DNA from: a virus
Lineage: Duplodnaviria > Caudoviricetes
DNA length: 32,824 nucleotides
Direction: 5' to 3' (one strand)
IMG/VR virus record: IMGVR_UViG_3300023276_000579
Span: 1-32,824 of that record
In this document: positions 15,518 to 25,451 of the stretch, piece after piece
How positions within the stretch are numbered: the stretch's first letter is position 1
How the letters are laid out: every line of letters starts with the position of its first letter
The notes under the pieces: generated by a model
Databases searched by the model: none
What the model was told of the DNA's origin: nothing
What the model saw: only the letters and a program-made list of their open reading frames with translations
Translations under genes and position numbers: made by a program

Positions 15518-16408
15518 TTACGACATTGCGTTCTTGTATCTTTCTATGTATGCCTGATTCAACTGACTGCCACCTACCATCATTGCGGCCTGTCCGATCG
15601 CTGCACCCTTATTCGATGCGGCCATCTGGTTTGCGTTCCAAGCGGCAAGGTTGCCTTGGTAGTTAAACTGACCAACGACATTCTCGCGGTTTTGCATATT
15701 CTGTATCTGAGCGACCGAATTCATCAGCCCTTCTTTGGTAAACGCATTCAATGCAGAGGTTGGAGCAAATAACCCGTCCATACGTTCGCCAGCATCAGCC
15801 ATCTGGCCTTTGAGTATTGCACCGCCGACTGCGGCATCGCCACGATCATTCGGCAAAGTATTATACATACTTGCCTGAGCCTTCTGTAATACTCCCATCG
15901 ATGCACGTTGTCGAGTTCCTTCCTGTGACTTCAAGTTTGATATTGCTCCAAACGCCTTACCTCTTGCATCACCGGATATTGCTTTATTGTCTTGCTCCTT
16001 GATTGCAGGTTTCAAAGTTTTGCTTTGAAGTTCTTCGCCTGCAGCTGATAGTTGAACTTTCGACTCCGGAGTCTGTCCAGAAGATGAAAATGCACTCGCT
16101 AATCCCATTCCAGCCGAACCAAGCATCAATGCATTACTCCATCCAGAGCCAGCGACCAATGAACCACCACCTCCACCGCCGCCAATCGCAGGAGCTATCG
16201 TCCCGCCAGCCTGAGTCGCTTCGCCGGCAACAGTGCTTAGTCCGGCACTATTCGGTGCCATGCCGCCAACCGCATAGCCGCCAACCCCGCCTACGGCAGC
16301 ACCCTGCCAGATCGCGTCTTTCGACCAGCCCCAATTATCATGTCCATAAGAGCCAACGCCGCCTCCTATGGCAGCCCCGACTCCCATTGCTAGTAAAGGT
16401 AATGGCAT
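15518..16408 (-). CDS. Internal virion/ejection (pilot-like) protein (296 aa)
   Basis: Gly-rich hydrophobic N-terminus (MPLPLLAMGVGAAIGGGVG), Gln/Asn-rich body and Gly/Ala C-terminal helix. Confidence 0.7.
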   Translation of the reverse strand: MPLPLLAMGVGAAIGGGVGSYGHDNWGWSKDAIWQGAAVGGVGGYAVGGMAPNSAGLSTVAGEATQAGGTIAPAIGGGGGGGSLVAGSGWSNALMLGSAGMGLASAFSSSGQTPESKVQLSAAGEELQSKTLKPAIKEQDNKAISGDARGKAFGAISNLKSQEGTRQRASMGVLQKAQASMYNTLPNDRGDAAVGGAILKGQMADAGERMDGLFAPTSALNAFTKEGLMNSVAQIQNMQNRENVVGQFNYQGNLAAWNANQMAASNKGAAIGQAAMMVGGSQLNQAYIERYKNAMS

Positions 16409-16423
16409 GTTATGCCCTTTCTA

Positions 16424-17026
16424 TTATTGATCACCCATTTTCTGAGCATAATTATAATCCATCATTCCCTGGCCGACACCAGCTGCAATATTAGTCCCGA
16501 ACGTTCCCATTTTGCTTGTCATCTGCATATTAGTTGCCAATGCATTATTGAAAGCCTGTGCACCGCCAATATTGATTCGTTGCTCGTTAGCAAGCATCGT
16601 ACCTGCCATATCCATCCCGACATCCTTATCGGAAACATCACTTGCTCTGAAGCCTCTTTCCATCTGGTCCTGAGACGTTGCATAAGCCCGGTCAAGAGTC
16701 GAACCGACAAAGTTGCGTACCCTGCTGTCTTCAGGTCGAATCGTCCTTGCAAGCTGGCTGTCCATGTCTCTTTTTGTCTGGTCGAAACTTTCCTGAAGCC
16801 CGCCTCTTGCACGTCTTCTTTGCAGGATATTAAATGTTGGCGTACCGAACCCACCGCCACCGATCGCATTCGTCACCAATGGATAAACTTTTTCTTTTGC
16901 CCATCGAGCATCTTCGGTCTCGGCAATCTGAGGGCTTGGTGCAGAACCGCCGCCGCCACCACCGCCCTTAAAGCGGCAACTTGGCCCAGACCAGAAACTA
17001 TTTACATTATAATTAAATTGATGCAT
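16424..17026 (-). CDS. Internal virion/ejection protein (200 aa)
   Basis: N-terminal CRFKGGGGGGGSAPSP motif, characteristic of the small ejected protein that follows the GNAT-like gene in podophages. Confidence 0.7.
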   Translation of the reverse strand: MHQFNYNVNSFWSGPSCRFKGGGGGGGSAPSPQIAETEDARWAKEKVYPLVTNAIGGGGFGTPTFNILQRRRARGGLQESFDQTKRDMDSQLARTIRPEDSRVRNFVGSTLDRAYATSQDQMERGFRASDVSDKDVGMDMAGTMLANEQRINIGGAQAFNNALATNMQMTSKMGTFGTNIAAGVGQGMMDYNYAQKMGDQ

Positions 17027-17451
17027 TATAATTCCTTTTCCATTCTAACTTCTTTGGATAGTGTCATATTCCATGCTCTCGCAAATGCTTTCGGATTACG
17101 TACTGTATCAACCTTATATCTTTTAGCACCACGATCTTTCATCCATTGCTCGGCAAGAGCCAATGCCTTCTTTGCGTTTTCATGCCCGCATTCATTAGTT
17201 GAATGGCTAAACGGTAACCAAGCTGATTCCGGGTCGAGTAATTCAGGTGCAGCTGCCTGAGTAAATCCTACAATTCTATCATTCTTACGAACCACAAAGA
17301 CTGCGACATTTGCCATCCATCCATAATTAAGATAGGCAAGGTAGTTCTTTGCGGAACAAGTTCGGCCTGGTATATCTCTGAACAGCATCAGCAACTGAGC
17401 GATCTCAGCCTCGGTCGGATTAACAAGTTGTCCAATTTCAATATTATCCAT
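17026..17451 (-). CDS. GNAT-fold acetyltransferase-like protein
   Basis: VFVVRKNDRIVGF beta-hairpin and LALAEQWMKDRGAKRYKVDT..RNPKAFARAW match the GNAT topology. It sits directly before the ejection genes. Confidence 0.7.
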   Translation of the reverse strand: MDNIEIGQLVNPTEAEIAQLLMLFRDIPGRTCSAKNYLAYLNYGWMANVAVFVVRKNDRIVGFTQAAAPELLDPESAWLPFSHSTNECGHENAKKALALAEQWMKDRGAKRYKVDTVRNPKAFARAWNMTLSKEVRMEKEL

Positions 17452-17460
17452 TCCTGTTTC

Positions 17461-18054
17461 TTATTGACCTCCTATAACCATGAGAGAAACAATATCTGCG
17501 TCTATAGGAACTGCCGTGGTATTGTTTAATACCTGTATCCTCAAGTTTCCCGTTCCGACAGCTATCGGCCGCAATGTCGTCAATGCCACAGCTGGCACAT
17601 GATGCGAGAAAGTGAAAGCATAATTAGTATTGTTAAATGGAGTCGTGAAATTTACCGTATAATCACCAGTTCCATTTTTTGTTACTGAGCTTACATTTAA
17701 TGCATCAGCTGGTGTTATCGGAGTACTTCCTGTTCCGGCGAATCGACACCATGCCTTCATTGTCCGCTTTGAGTTGCTAATCAGTGACGCGGCTTGGTTA
17801 TTAACGAATTCAGTGCTCGCTGCCTTGTCGGTATCGTCACCGATTGTCTGCGTCTTTACATAGCAGTAGTCGCCGTTGCTGAAATCCTTTAGCCCACTAA
17901 CGACCTGTGCCGAGTCCTTGTCTACTGCATTACCAATAACTTCAGTATTAGCCCATGCTTCTACTTCAGCTACTCGTTCAAGTTCTTTCGAAGCAAATAT
18001 TTTCTGGCCTGCAACGATATCTGATACTGTCATGCTTAGTGCATCTATTGGCAT
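17461..18054 (-). CDS. Short tail fibre/spike-like protein
   Basis: K.ASTEFV fibre motif and KAWCRF.G....NVSSVTKNGTGDYTVNFTTPF.NTNY, a common phage fibre C-terminal domain pattern. Confidence 0.75.
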   Translation of the reverse strand: MPIDALSMTVSDIVAGQKIFASKELERVAEVEAWANTEVIGNAVDKDSAQVVSGLKDFSNGDYCYVKTQTIGDDTDKAASTEFVNNQAASLISNSKRTMKAWCRFAGTGSTPITPADALNVSSVTKNGTGDYTVNFTTPFNNTNYAFTFSHHVPAVALTTLRPIAVGTGNLRIQVLNNTTAVPIDADIVSLMVIGGQ

Positions 18055-18058
18055 TCAA

Positions 18059-18364
18059 TTACCCTACTTTCTTGAGAACTTCTCTAATATCGCCAGCCAT
18101 CTCCTTGACACCGGATTTCACTTCGTTGATGTCAGCAGATAACTGCGTATGTTTCATTTCGAATACTTCATGACGAACAAAGTTCGAATCGTCCTGGTGA
18201 ATGTCCGCATCTTGAATATGTCTATTCGTTGCCTCGTAAACCTTGGCAATTTTTTCATCAGTCTTTTGCGATAGTTTGAAAGACCAGATATACACACCCA
18301 CTACTGCCGAGAACATAAATGCTTGTAATCCAAATATTAGTTTAATCAATGTTGCGATATCCAT
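18059..18364 (-). CDS. Membrane protein, holin-like
   Basis: Start reassigned to ATG 18364 (AAGGAG SD; avoids overlap with the nozzle gene). One N-terminal transmembrane helix followed by a coiled coil. Confidence 0.55.
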   Translation of the reverse strand: MDIATLIKLIFGLQAFMFSAVVGVYIWSFKLSQKTDEKIAKVYEATNRHIQDADIHQDDSNFVRHEVFEMKHTQLSADINEVKSGVKEMAGDIREVLKKVG

Positions 18365-18374
18365 GTCTTTCTCC

Positions 18375-20534
18375 TTATGCCACAAGCGGCAACAATTTAT
18401 AGTAAACTGCAAGTCCAAGTATTTTGAGATTTCTGGAATCATTATTTGAAACGGTTATATTTACTCGATTAGATTTTATAACACGTTTTATTTTCTTATG
18501 GATATTATTGTATCCTTCAGAGAAACCAGCATATCCGGGTTCGTCTGCGTCTGCAGGGTCGGTAGTTCCCGCACCCGCAGCCCAAACTCCATCATCCCAC
18601 ACAGCAACAAATTCTTCTGCGACATTTTGACCGAGCTGTTCCTGGAAAGCCCTTGTCGTGCTAAAGTCGTTATCTGAACCCTCTACTGAGACATTGGCGT
18701 CTACATAAACTCCCTCAACAAGCAATGTCACGGACGATATAAATGTTTTTCTGAATTCGCCGCCAAATTGAATATTGCTTTTCTTGATCGATGCTGGAAT
18801 CCCAAGCATCCCATCAAAGACAGCTCCGGTAACAGATGAATAATCGTGATAGTCCCTACCCTCATAAGTCGAGTCTGTAACTACCGGAACAATATCATTG
18901 TAGTCGTGTTCGTAAACATAGCTCTTGCTATCTCCTTGGCCAATGCTATATAGAGTTCTCCTGCCTGCCGATATCGTCTCATGCGTCATTAGATGCTGAG
19001 TCCACGAGTTCAGATCAACGTCATAAACAAAAGTTTTCCTTACAAAGTCGCTTGTATCTATAAAGGTCAAATAATACCTTCGCTCAAAGAATGCAGAATA
19101 GATAAGCGAATCCTCGTCGTATTTTTTTACCGTCTTTGATATTCTATGTCCATCATCACGCGGGAAGTCGCCTTTAGATCCATACTGTGTGACGAAATCC
19201 GCAAAGTAGACGGTTTCATGTGCCATCCACATTATCCCATGCCCGATCACTTGTACGGAATTGCCGTCATTAGTCCCTATGTTGCAAATCTTGAACGCAG
19301 CACCGTCCATTGTAGTTTTCTGGTAAGTGGAGGATTCAGTAAAGGCATAGAATTTACGGTTAAATTCAACAACAGCCTTGCCCTCTGCGTTAAGATAGTC
19401 GAAGTCTAATGGATTCCATATATCAGGGCTTCCTCCAACGCTCCTGATCATCTTGTAAGGCATTGAAGCGTCGAACCCTACCATATAGCCATCGAGGTTG
19501 CGAACATGCAGCACGCTCAAAGGAGAAGCCCCTGACGGGTTGGTTCCTTCAGGTAAGTCTTCAATCCCCTCGAAACCGAATGGAGTCGCATCAACATACG
19601 TTGTTATCGCATTAACAGCCGTAACCTCTGTTTCGCCTATAAACTTGTATGGTCCGTTGATGTTATTGAATGGTGCTCTGTAAATCATCAACTTACTTAT
19701 ACCGGACGGAACCGTTACGCCGGTAAAGGCTATTGAGACCTGACCTCTATTTGTTGCATCTACACTTATAGGCATTGCATCGGTATTGCCGGGCGTCACA
19801 AGGGTCGATGAAGATTCTCCGTATTTCGTTGTAACATTGGCATCGTCATAGAAATAAGCATATTTATAATACAATGTTCCAGCCGTTATCCTGCTAAACC
19901 CTTCTCCGTTCGTCCCCAACGTTCCGGCAGGCGTAAAGGCTGTTGCTAACGGTGCTGTCAAACCAAGGTCACTTAAAGTGCCGTCCCCAGTGCCATTGTC
20001 CGGGGTCCATCTTTCTGGATTGGTCGCACCTGGGAATATTAGTAAATCAAATGCTTGGTTGATCCTGTACGAATCAAGTGACAATGTTGTATTGTCTTCG
20101 ATAGCATCAGACCAAATATCCTTCCATGTTTCAGTAGCAAGGCAATAAACAGCAACGACTAGTTTGACAGTTGTTGTGTAAGTAAATCTACCCCAAACAA
20201 CATGAAGTTCGTTCTGATAAGACCATCCGGATACATCCTCCTGGAATGTTCTTTGTCCGTCAAGCTGAGTGAGCGTATATGTATTGCCGCCAATATCAAC
20301 TTCGATCGGCTTGTCCTGAAAGGTACTGCTGAATGTCATTGGCCTGAAAGGTGGACGCGTGTACGTTTGTCCTTCCCGGTTAAAGTAAACATTGCTCATT
20401 ACGCCGAATTGATTCTTAGCTTGCGTAGCTTCAGCATCAGTGAGATTAAGGCCACCAGAAAAGTCAGTCAATATTTCAATATCAAAAGTTTCTTGACTGT
20501 ATGACGGTTTAGTTGGTTGTTTTACTGGAAACAT
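18375..20534 (-). CDS. Tail nozzle / tail tubular protein B-like (P22 gp10 / T7 gp12 equivalent)
   Basis: 719 aa, beta-rich, with N-terminal DFSGGLN..D....NQ.....NV.....G....RP and YD.....W motifs. Positioned after the adaptors. Confidence 0.8.
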   Translation of the reverse strand: MFPVKQPTKPSYSQETFDIEILTDFSGGLNLTDAEATQAKNQFGVMSNVYFNREGQTYTRPPFRPMTFSSTFQDKPIEVDIGGNTYTLTQLDGQRTFQEDVSGWSYQNELHVVWGRFTYTTTVKLVVAVYCLATETWKDIWSDAIEDNTTLSLDSYRINQAFDLLIFPGATNPERWTPDNGTGDGTLSDLGLTAPLATAFTPAGTLGTNGEGFSRITAGTLYYKYAYFYDDANVTTKYGESSSTLVTPGNTDAMPISVDATNRGQVSIAFTGVTVPSGISKLMIYRAPFNNINGPYKFIGETEVTAVNAITTYVDATPFGFEGIEDLPEGTNPSGASPLSVLHVRNLDGYMVGFDASMPYKMIRSVGGSPDIWNPLDFDYLNAEGKAVVEFNRKFYAFTESSTYQKTTMDGAAFKICNIGTNDGNSVQVIGHGIMWMAHETVYFADFVTQYGSKGDFPRDDGHRISKTVKKYDEDSLIYSAFFERRYYLTFIDTSDFVRKTFVYDVDLNSWTQHLMTHETISAGRRTLYSIGQGDSKSYVYEHDYNDIVPVVTDSTYEGRDYHDYSSVTGAVFDGMLGIPASIKKSNIQFGGEFRKTFISSVTLLVEGVYVDANVSVEGSDNDFSTTRAFQEQLGQNVAEEFVAVWDDGVWAAGAGTTDPADADEPGYAGFSEGYNNIHKKIKRVIKSNRVNITVSNNDSRNLKILGLAVYYKLLPLVA

Positions 20535-21148
20535 TACGCCTCCATCTGCATTGCATAAAGTGCGGCAGCTTGAAGTCTGATTCCTTCGTATTCTGCAAAG
20601 TGACCATTAGCAAGTCCGGCATCTCGGTCTGCTATCCTTGCACAATAACAAAGATACTGTACTCCTGCCTGTGCCCATTGGTCTGGTATTAAAGTTTCTG
20701 ACGACGTTGCTCCAAGATCTGCAGGAATAAATGAACATGAAATAGTGACATTAAAGTTTACTGTCACGCCTGGCATTAGATCGAATGTCAACTGTTTCCC
20801 AAAAACAGAATACCGAGTTGGCAATACGGTGCTTGCTACAGGCAAGTCCTTCAAATCAGACAATTTACTTTTCGGCAAGAATGAATATTGAGTTCCAGAA
20901 TCAAGACGAACCTGGAACGGAGTAATAATATCGCTTGCACCAGATATCCCTGCAGCAATCGCGGCGTAAGTTAATGTATCAGAAGTTACAGCTATCTGCT
21001 TAACAGACTGGACGCATTGAGTTTCTACGGCGAATCTGCGTTGCCATTCATTGAGGTACGCAAGCATATCATCAAGATATGCATCATCTTCGATGTCAAC
21101 CAGCAATCTCTGTGCCATAGTTATAATTTCTGAGGCTGTGTATGCCAT
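20534..21148 (-). CDS. Head-tail adaptor protein 2
   Basis: T.SEII..AQRLL.D......D.L.YLNE.Q and IPDQWAQA.V.Y..Y patterns typical of adaptor/tubular-A proteins. Confidence 0.7.
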   Translation of the reverse strand: MAYTASEIITMAQRLLVDIEDDAYLDDMLAYLNEWQRRFAVETQCVQSVKQIAVTSDTLTYAAIAAGISGASDIITPFQVRLDSGTQYSFLPKSKLSDLKDLPVASTVLPTRYSVFGKQLTFDLMPGVTVNFNVTISCSFIPADLGATSSETLIPDQWAQAGVQYLCYCARIADRDAGLANGHFAEYEGIRLQAAALYAMQMEA

Positions 21149-21840
21149 TAGTCAGGTATCCTTCCTTCAACACTTCTACATACTTCGGAAAACTGTCTTC
21201 GCTGGACGTGTCGAGGTCCATCGCCATCGTACCCGTCTTTTATCTTTGCAATAACTTCTTCATATAAACTCTTGAAACTTCCGGCGTGTTGCGGCATTCC
21301 AAGTCCAACAACAGCTAATTGCTTAGCTTTGTTTTTGATCGCACTCATCAGAGTCGTTGGGAAGTTTGTGATTACGTCCGTAGGCAACTTCAACACCTTC
21401 ATCGTGATAGTATATGTATTGTCCGGGATAGGCCATAGCGTCAGCCTTACGATGTTTGGATCGTCCGAGCCAGTGTATGCGTAGGCGTAAGGTCTTCCCT
21501 CTGCATTGGCCCCTGGGTCGCTTTGATAGATAGTCTCTTCATCGATCAGACCAAGACATGCCTCTTCTGCTATGATACGTGCAGTCCCGGTTACAACCCG
21601 GAAGACATATTCGTCAAGATCAACATAATCCTGACCGGCTACAGTATCGACTTCGAACGTAGATTCATGGAAAGTAAACGTAGCCACTCCGTATTCAAGC
21701 AGGACCAGCTGGTAGGCATCGATGATCGCTGAGCGTACAATGTCCACCTCGATAGCTGTCATCGTCTGACGGCCCGTTATATTCCTGTGAAGCTGTTGCG
21801 TCTCGCTTACTATGTCGTTTACTGTATTGTATAACCTCAT
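21148..21840 (-). CDS. Head-tail adaptor protein 1
   Basis: TVAGQDYVDL, G.PYAY and L.LWPIPD..YTI motifs typical of podophage adaptors. Confidence 0.75.
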   Translation of the reverse strand: MRLYNTVNDIVSETQQLHRNITGRQTMTAIEVDIVRSAIIDAYQLVLLEYGVATFTFHESTFEVDTVAGQDYVDLDEYVFRVVTGTARIIAEEACLGLIDEETIYQSDPGANAEGRPYAYAYTGSDDPNIVRLTLWPIPDNTYTITMKVLKLPTDVITNFPTTLMSAIKNKAKQLAVVGLGMPQHAGSFKSLYEEVIAKIKDGYDGDGPRHVQRRQFSEVCRSVEGRIPD

Positions 21841-22211
21841 GCTCTTTGTCTCCTTGGTGCGGCAAATAGAACCCTACCGCTTGCAACATTCTTAAGGTCT
21901 GCTTTTGCCTGATACAGTGCGTCTGCATCTTGGTCTGCCAGTATCTTATCGTTAAACTCATCGATCTCTTTAAGAGTATCCTGAGCTCTTTGCTTGTCGT
22001 ACTTACTTCTGTGTCTCATCTGTTGTATTGCATGTTCTACACACTCGCATGAACATATCATATACGGAGGCGAACTGTTTGGTATGTACCACGCCTGAAG
22101 TCTATGATCTTTCTGGTTTCTGCCAAACCGTATCTTCCTGTCGTCAAACTCTCTCTGCAACCGTTTCTGGTCGTTGCGTTCTTCGACAAGGTATCTTAAT
22201 CCTGATTCCAT
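21837..22211 (-). CDS. Hypothetical virion-module protein
   Basis: 124 aa with AAGGGA SD and ATGA overlap with adaptor 1. Confidence 0.7.
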   Translation of the reverse strand: MESGLRYLVEERNDQKRLQREFDDRKIRFGRNQKDHRLQAWYIPNSSPPYMICSCECVEHAIQQMRHRSKYDKQRAQDTLKEIDEFNDKILADQDADALYQAKADLKNVASGRVLFAAPRRQRA

Positions 22212-22270
22212 CTTTAATCCCTTAAAGTTTGGGATGGATACAGTGAAGTACCCACCCCGTTATTGATTGA

Positions 22271-22966
22271 TTAAGTCAACAATGCATGACCGAAAATACG
22301 AATAAGGAACTGACCTGCCGTGTAAGTGGCATCATCCGACCCGCCTTGAGTCAAGTAGTAGTAGTAGTTCGCTACCATACCGGGAACATTATTGACGATT
22401 GTTTCTCCAAGAGCCCAGTCACCTGTGCCGTCACAAAGCGTAGCAGTGTTTGCTACTGTGTCATCAAAGGTTTCATCTGCCGCAGAACCCTGAACAAGAA
22501 GAATATCTGCATCACCAGCGGTAGGCACTTCAAGGCAAGACATTTCTACCTTAAATACCTGACCATTAGTTGCAACGACATTCCTTCCGATGTAAGCCGC
22601 ATCAGTACCCGGAGTCTGCGTTCCGATTACATCATTAGCTGTGCCAGAGGAATCTAAACCAGTAAGATCGATCTTAATCTCAGTGATTATGATGCCGTTT
22701 TCAATTCTGCGGTATGTTGCAGGGGTAGCCGCTGTTCCTATTGCACCTGTAGCGTGCTCGGCTGTTACGGCAGTCTGTACATTTGTAGATTCTACCCAAG
22801 CAGACCCACTGTATGTCTTCCATACGTCGTTAGTAGTATCAAACCACAAATCGCCTTCAGCTGGAACCCAGATACCGTCCGGTACGGCAGCTAGTTCTGC
22901 AGCAGTACCTTTGAACGTAAGTCCAAAAGTGCCACTATCGTTATAACATTTTTGAGGATTTATCAT
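22271..22966 (-). CDS. Capsid decoration / head-fibre-like protein
   Basis: Directly follows the major capsid gene. GDLWFDT....KTY.GSAW fibre-type motif plus a beta-rich C-terminal domain; GAAAGG SD. Confidence 0.6.
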   Translation of the reverse strand: MINPQKCYNDSGTFGLTFKGTAAELAAVPDGIWVPAEGDLWFDTTNDVWKTYSGSAWVESTNVQTAVTAEHATGAIGTAATPATYRRIENGIIITEIKIDLTGLDSSGTANDVIGTQTPGTDAAYIGRNVVATNGQVFKVEMSCLEVPTAGDADILLVQGSAADETFDDTVANTATLCDGTGDWALGETIVNNVPGMVANYYYYLTQGGSDDATYTAGQFLIRIFGHALLT

Positions 22967-23025
22967 AATAAACCTTTCGAGTAAGCTTAGTGAGGGCCGG
23001 AAGCCCCCACCAAGTCATTAAGATT

Positions 23026-24435
23026 CTAGTAAGAGAGTCCTGTGGCCTTCAACTGACCATTAGGATTCTCACAGATGAACTCACAGTAGTTCACTGCGGT
23101 GCCGAACAGGTTGTCGCTACCTTCCATGTTCCTGAGAACACGGCCGCCATCTTCAATCCATTCAAAGCCATTGGTGGCCTTGGCGAACTTGAAGTCGTTG
23201 GTGTTCAGCATGAACAATGAACCCGGTTGCAGAGAGGTAAGGCTCTGCAGCAACAGACTGTATTGGTCGATCACAACGCCGATAGACTTAAATCCAAACA
23301 TCGAATCCATAGTCTTCATGTCGAATCGCCTGTCCTCTTTCCGGTTGCTGAAGTATTTCAGCCGGCTCTTTGGATCAGTGACCAGAACATTCGGAACGCT
23401 CTGTTTGATATTAACCAGATCAAGAACCCAGTCCATCAGAAGCTCTTCGTCTAGTTCGGCACCTGCAGCCGCCTTGAACGTACTCTTCAGAGCGTGCGGA
23501 TGTGTGGAACGAGTCAGGCCCCAGATAGTGGAATAGTTAGTTCCATCATCGACGAGGTTGTACAAACCGTTCAACTCAAGGCAAGAGTCGGCAGTAGTGC
23601 TGCCATCAGCTTCGATCTGTCCGTATGCGTTTTCAAGAACCACAACATATTCAACAGCTGTAAGGTCTGCTGATACGTCAATAGTGCTTCCAGATACATT
23701 CTTAAGAGCGAATGTATTGTCTTCGTAATCGACAGCATCGATCTCGAAAGTGCCATACAGGTCTGCTGTATTCATGGTTCCATCGAACTCAGAAGCAAGT
23801 ACGATATTGACACGGATGCCCGGCTGTAGCCACTGACACTTACTATACGCACCACCAGAAGTAGCGGTCAACGCTGCTCCTGCCGCATAAGCGTTTACAG
23901 CAGTAGTATCGGTGTTCATGATGTAGTAACCATCACCGACATCGTTGGTCGTTGCCATAGCATTAGTGAACCGACAAAGTTCACCATCACCAGCACCACC
24001 GACGATTCTTTCCATCTGCTGTCTGGCAAGCTTGAGTGTGTCGTCCATTGCAGAACTAACTGCATCGACATAAGCACCTTCACCCTGCCGTACCGTACGA
24101 GAGGCAGGTCCGGTCAGAGAGAAGTAAGCGTTCAACTGCTTAATGCGAGTAGAACCCTGGAATCCCTTTTGCTTGCGACCTTTAACAAAGTCACCACCCT
24201 CAGAGATACCACCAAAGCCACCAGCACCACGATGCTTGAATGCCTTGATAATCTTATTCCCTGCGAAGTCGATCGTTCCACCGAAGTCACCGAACATTTC
24301 CATGAGTGGAGTTGCATGGAAAGTCGTATTGTTCAACGCGTTCATATACACGTTCTTAAGCAATCCGTCAACGGTTGCACTGTACTGATGGCTCTGTCTG
24401 GTTGCATCAGTTATATTAACTACATTTGAAGCCAT
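23026..24435 (-). CDS. Major capsid protein (HK97 fold expected)
   Basis: 469 aa after portal and scaffold, with GGAG SD. N-terminal LLKNVY..ALN...PL and C-terminal F.CENPN.Q....GL patterns; hairpin downstream. Confidence 0.85.
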   Translation of the reverse strand: MASNVVNITDATRQSHQYSATVDGLLKNVYMNALNNTTFHATPLMEMFGDFGGTIDFAGNKIIKAFKHRGAGGFGGISEGGDFVKGRKQKGFQGSTRIKQLNAYFSLTGPASRTVRQGEGAYVDAVSSAMDDTLKLARQQMERIVGGAGDGELCRFTNAMATTNDVGDGYYIMNTDTTAVNAYAAGAALTATSGGAYSKCQWLQPGIRVNIVLASEFDGTMNTADLYGTFEIDAVDYEDNTFALKNVSGSTIDVSADLTAVEYVVVLENAYGQIEADGSTTADSCLELNGLYNLVDDGTNYSTIWGLTRSTHPHALKSTFKAAAGAELDEELLMDWVLDLVNIKQSVPNVLVTDPKSRLKYFSNRKEDRRFDMKTMDSMFGFKSIGVVIDQYSLLLQSLTSLQPGSLFMLNTNDFKFAKATNGFEWIEDGGRVLRNMEGSDNLFGTAVNYCEFICENPNGQLKATGLSY

Positions 24436-24453
24436 AATTAAAATCTCCTACAA

Positions 24454-25449
24454 TTAGACCTGTCCCGAACCCTTCATATACTCTCTTGCCATCTGTGCAT
24501 GATTCTGAGCATTGGCATTAGAGAACTGGTTAGCCGGAGGAGCAACGCTACCACCGCCTGAACCCGCTGGGTTTGGAATTTGTCTGTTTCCGTTTAAGTG
24601 ATTATTAGGAGCTTGTCCACTCCTAACCTGATTTGCACCAATCTGAATATAGTGCTGTTTAAGAAGGTCGAGTTCGCCCGTTGCCTTAGTAGCAAAATGG
24701 TTGTACTGCTGCGGAGTAAGAGTTGCCGGGTCAAGACCAAGCTCTCTTGCACCTCTATCAGCCAGCACACCAGTAACCGACATTACTGCCAGTTCGGTTG
24801 CGTTTCGAATTCCTGCGTCCATCTGGGCAAAGTGTGGGTCACTCCTTGCTACATTCAAGACGGCATCCACATTTGCGTTCGCCTGCTGAGCCTGTTCGGT
24901 CGCGGCGTACTTCTGTGTGATTCCATTTATCATAGCTTCGGACTTTGCATCCATTGCTGTTAATAGACGGTTATTAGTTTCAAGGCTGACGCCCTCGCCG
25001 CTTGCAACTTCTGCATCGTATTCGGCTTTGGCATCTGCAAGTTCTTGCACTGCTACTGCTACCGGATCGTTCCCAACGTTAGCCTGGTACTGATTACTTG
25101 GCTGTTGCGGAGGCTGTTGAGTTCCTTGGATATGATTACGAACCATCTCAGGAGTGATTAGTCCTGCTTCAAGCTGTTCTGCTATATCGCTCATTGGGTC
25201 AATACCCACAGCCGATAACATCTTGTTAGTACGTGCGTTCTGCTGCAGGAGACGCTCGTTAACAGCTTTCAGGTCAATAGGCTTGTCATCGGCAACGTCA
25301 GCGTCCTGATTAAACGTGTCAACGTCTGGTTGCTGATCGCGTGCGGGTTCAGGAAATCCGCTACTTACATTTGACTGAACCATCGGGGTTATATCATTTA
25401 CGCCGCTAGCGTCAGTTACCTGATCTGCGTTGTTTACATTAGTTTCCAT
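24454..25449 (-). CDS. Capsid scaffolding protein
   Basis: Between portal and capsid. Acidic/Gln-rich and helical, with a Pro/Gly linker and a short C-terminal helix. Confidence 0.75.
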   Translation of the reverse strand: METNVNNADQVTDASGVNDITPMVQSNVSSGFPEPARDQQPDVDTFNQDADVADDKPIDLKAVNERLLQQNARTNKMLSAVGIDPMSDIAEQLEAGLITPEMVRNHIQGTQQPPQQPSNQYQANVGNDPVAVAVQELADAKAEYDAEVASGEGVSLETNNRLLTAMDAKSEAMINGITQKYAATEQAQQANANVDAVLNVARSDPHFAQMDAGIRNATELAVMSVTGVLADRGARELGLDPATLTPQQYNHFATKATGELDLLKQHYIQIGANQVRSGQAPNNHLNGNRQIPNPAGSGGGSVAPPANQFSNANAQNHAQMAREYMKGSGQV

Positions 25450-25451
25450 TT

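Noticed and set aside
16412-17260. 282-aa plus-strand ORF
   Set aside because: Antisense to two well-supported, translationally coupled virion-module genes, with no recognisable features.
22966-23030. Capsid read-through fusion to the decoration protein
   Set aside because: Read-through of the capsid TAG reaches a TAA within 13 codons, and the downstream gene has its own GAAAGG SD.
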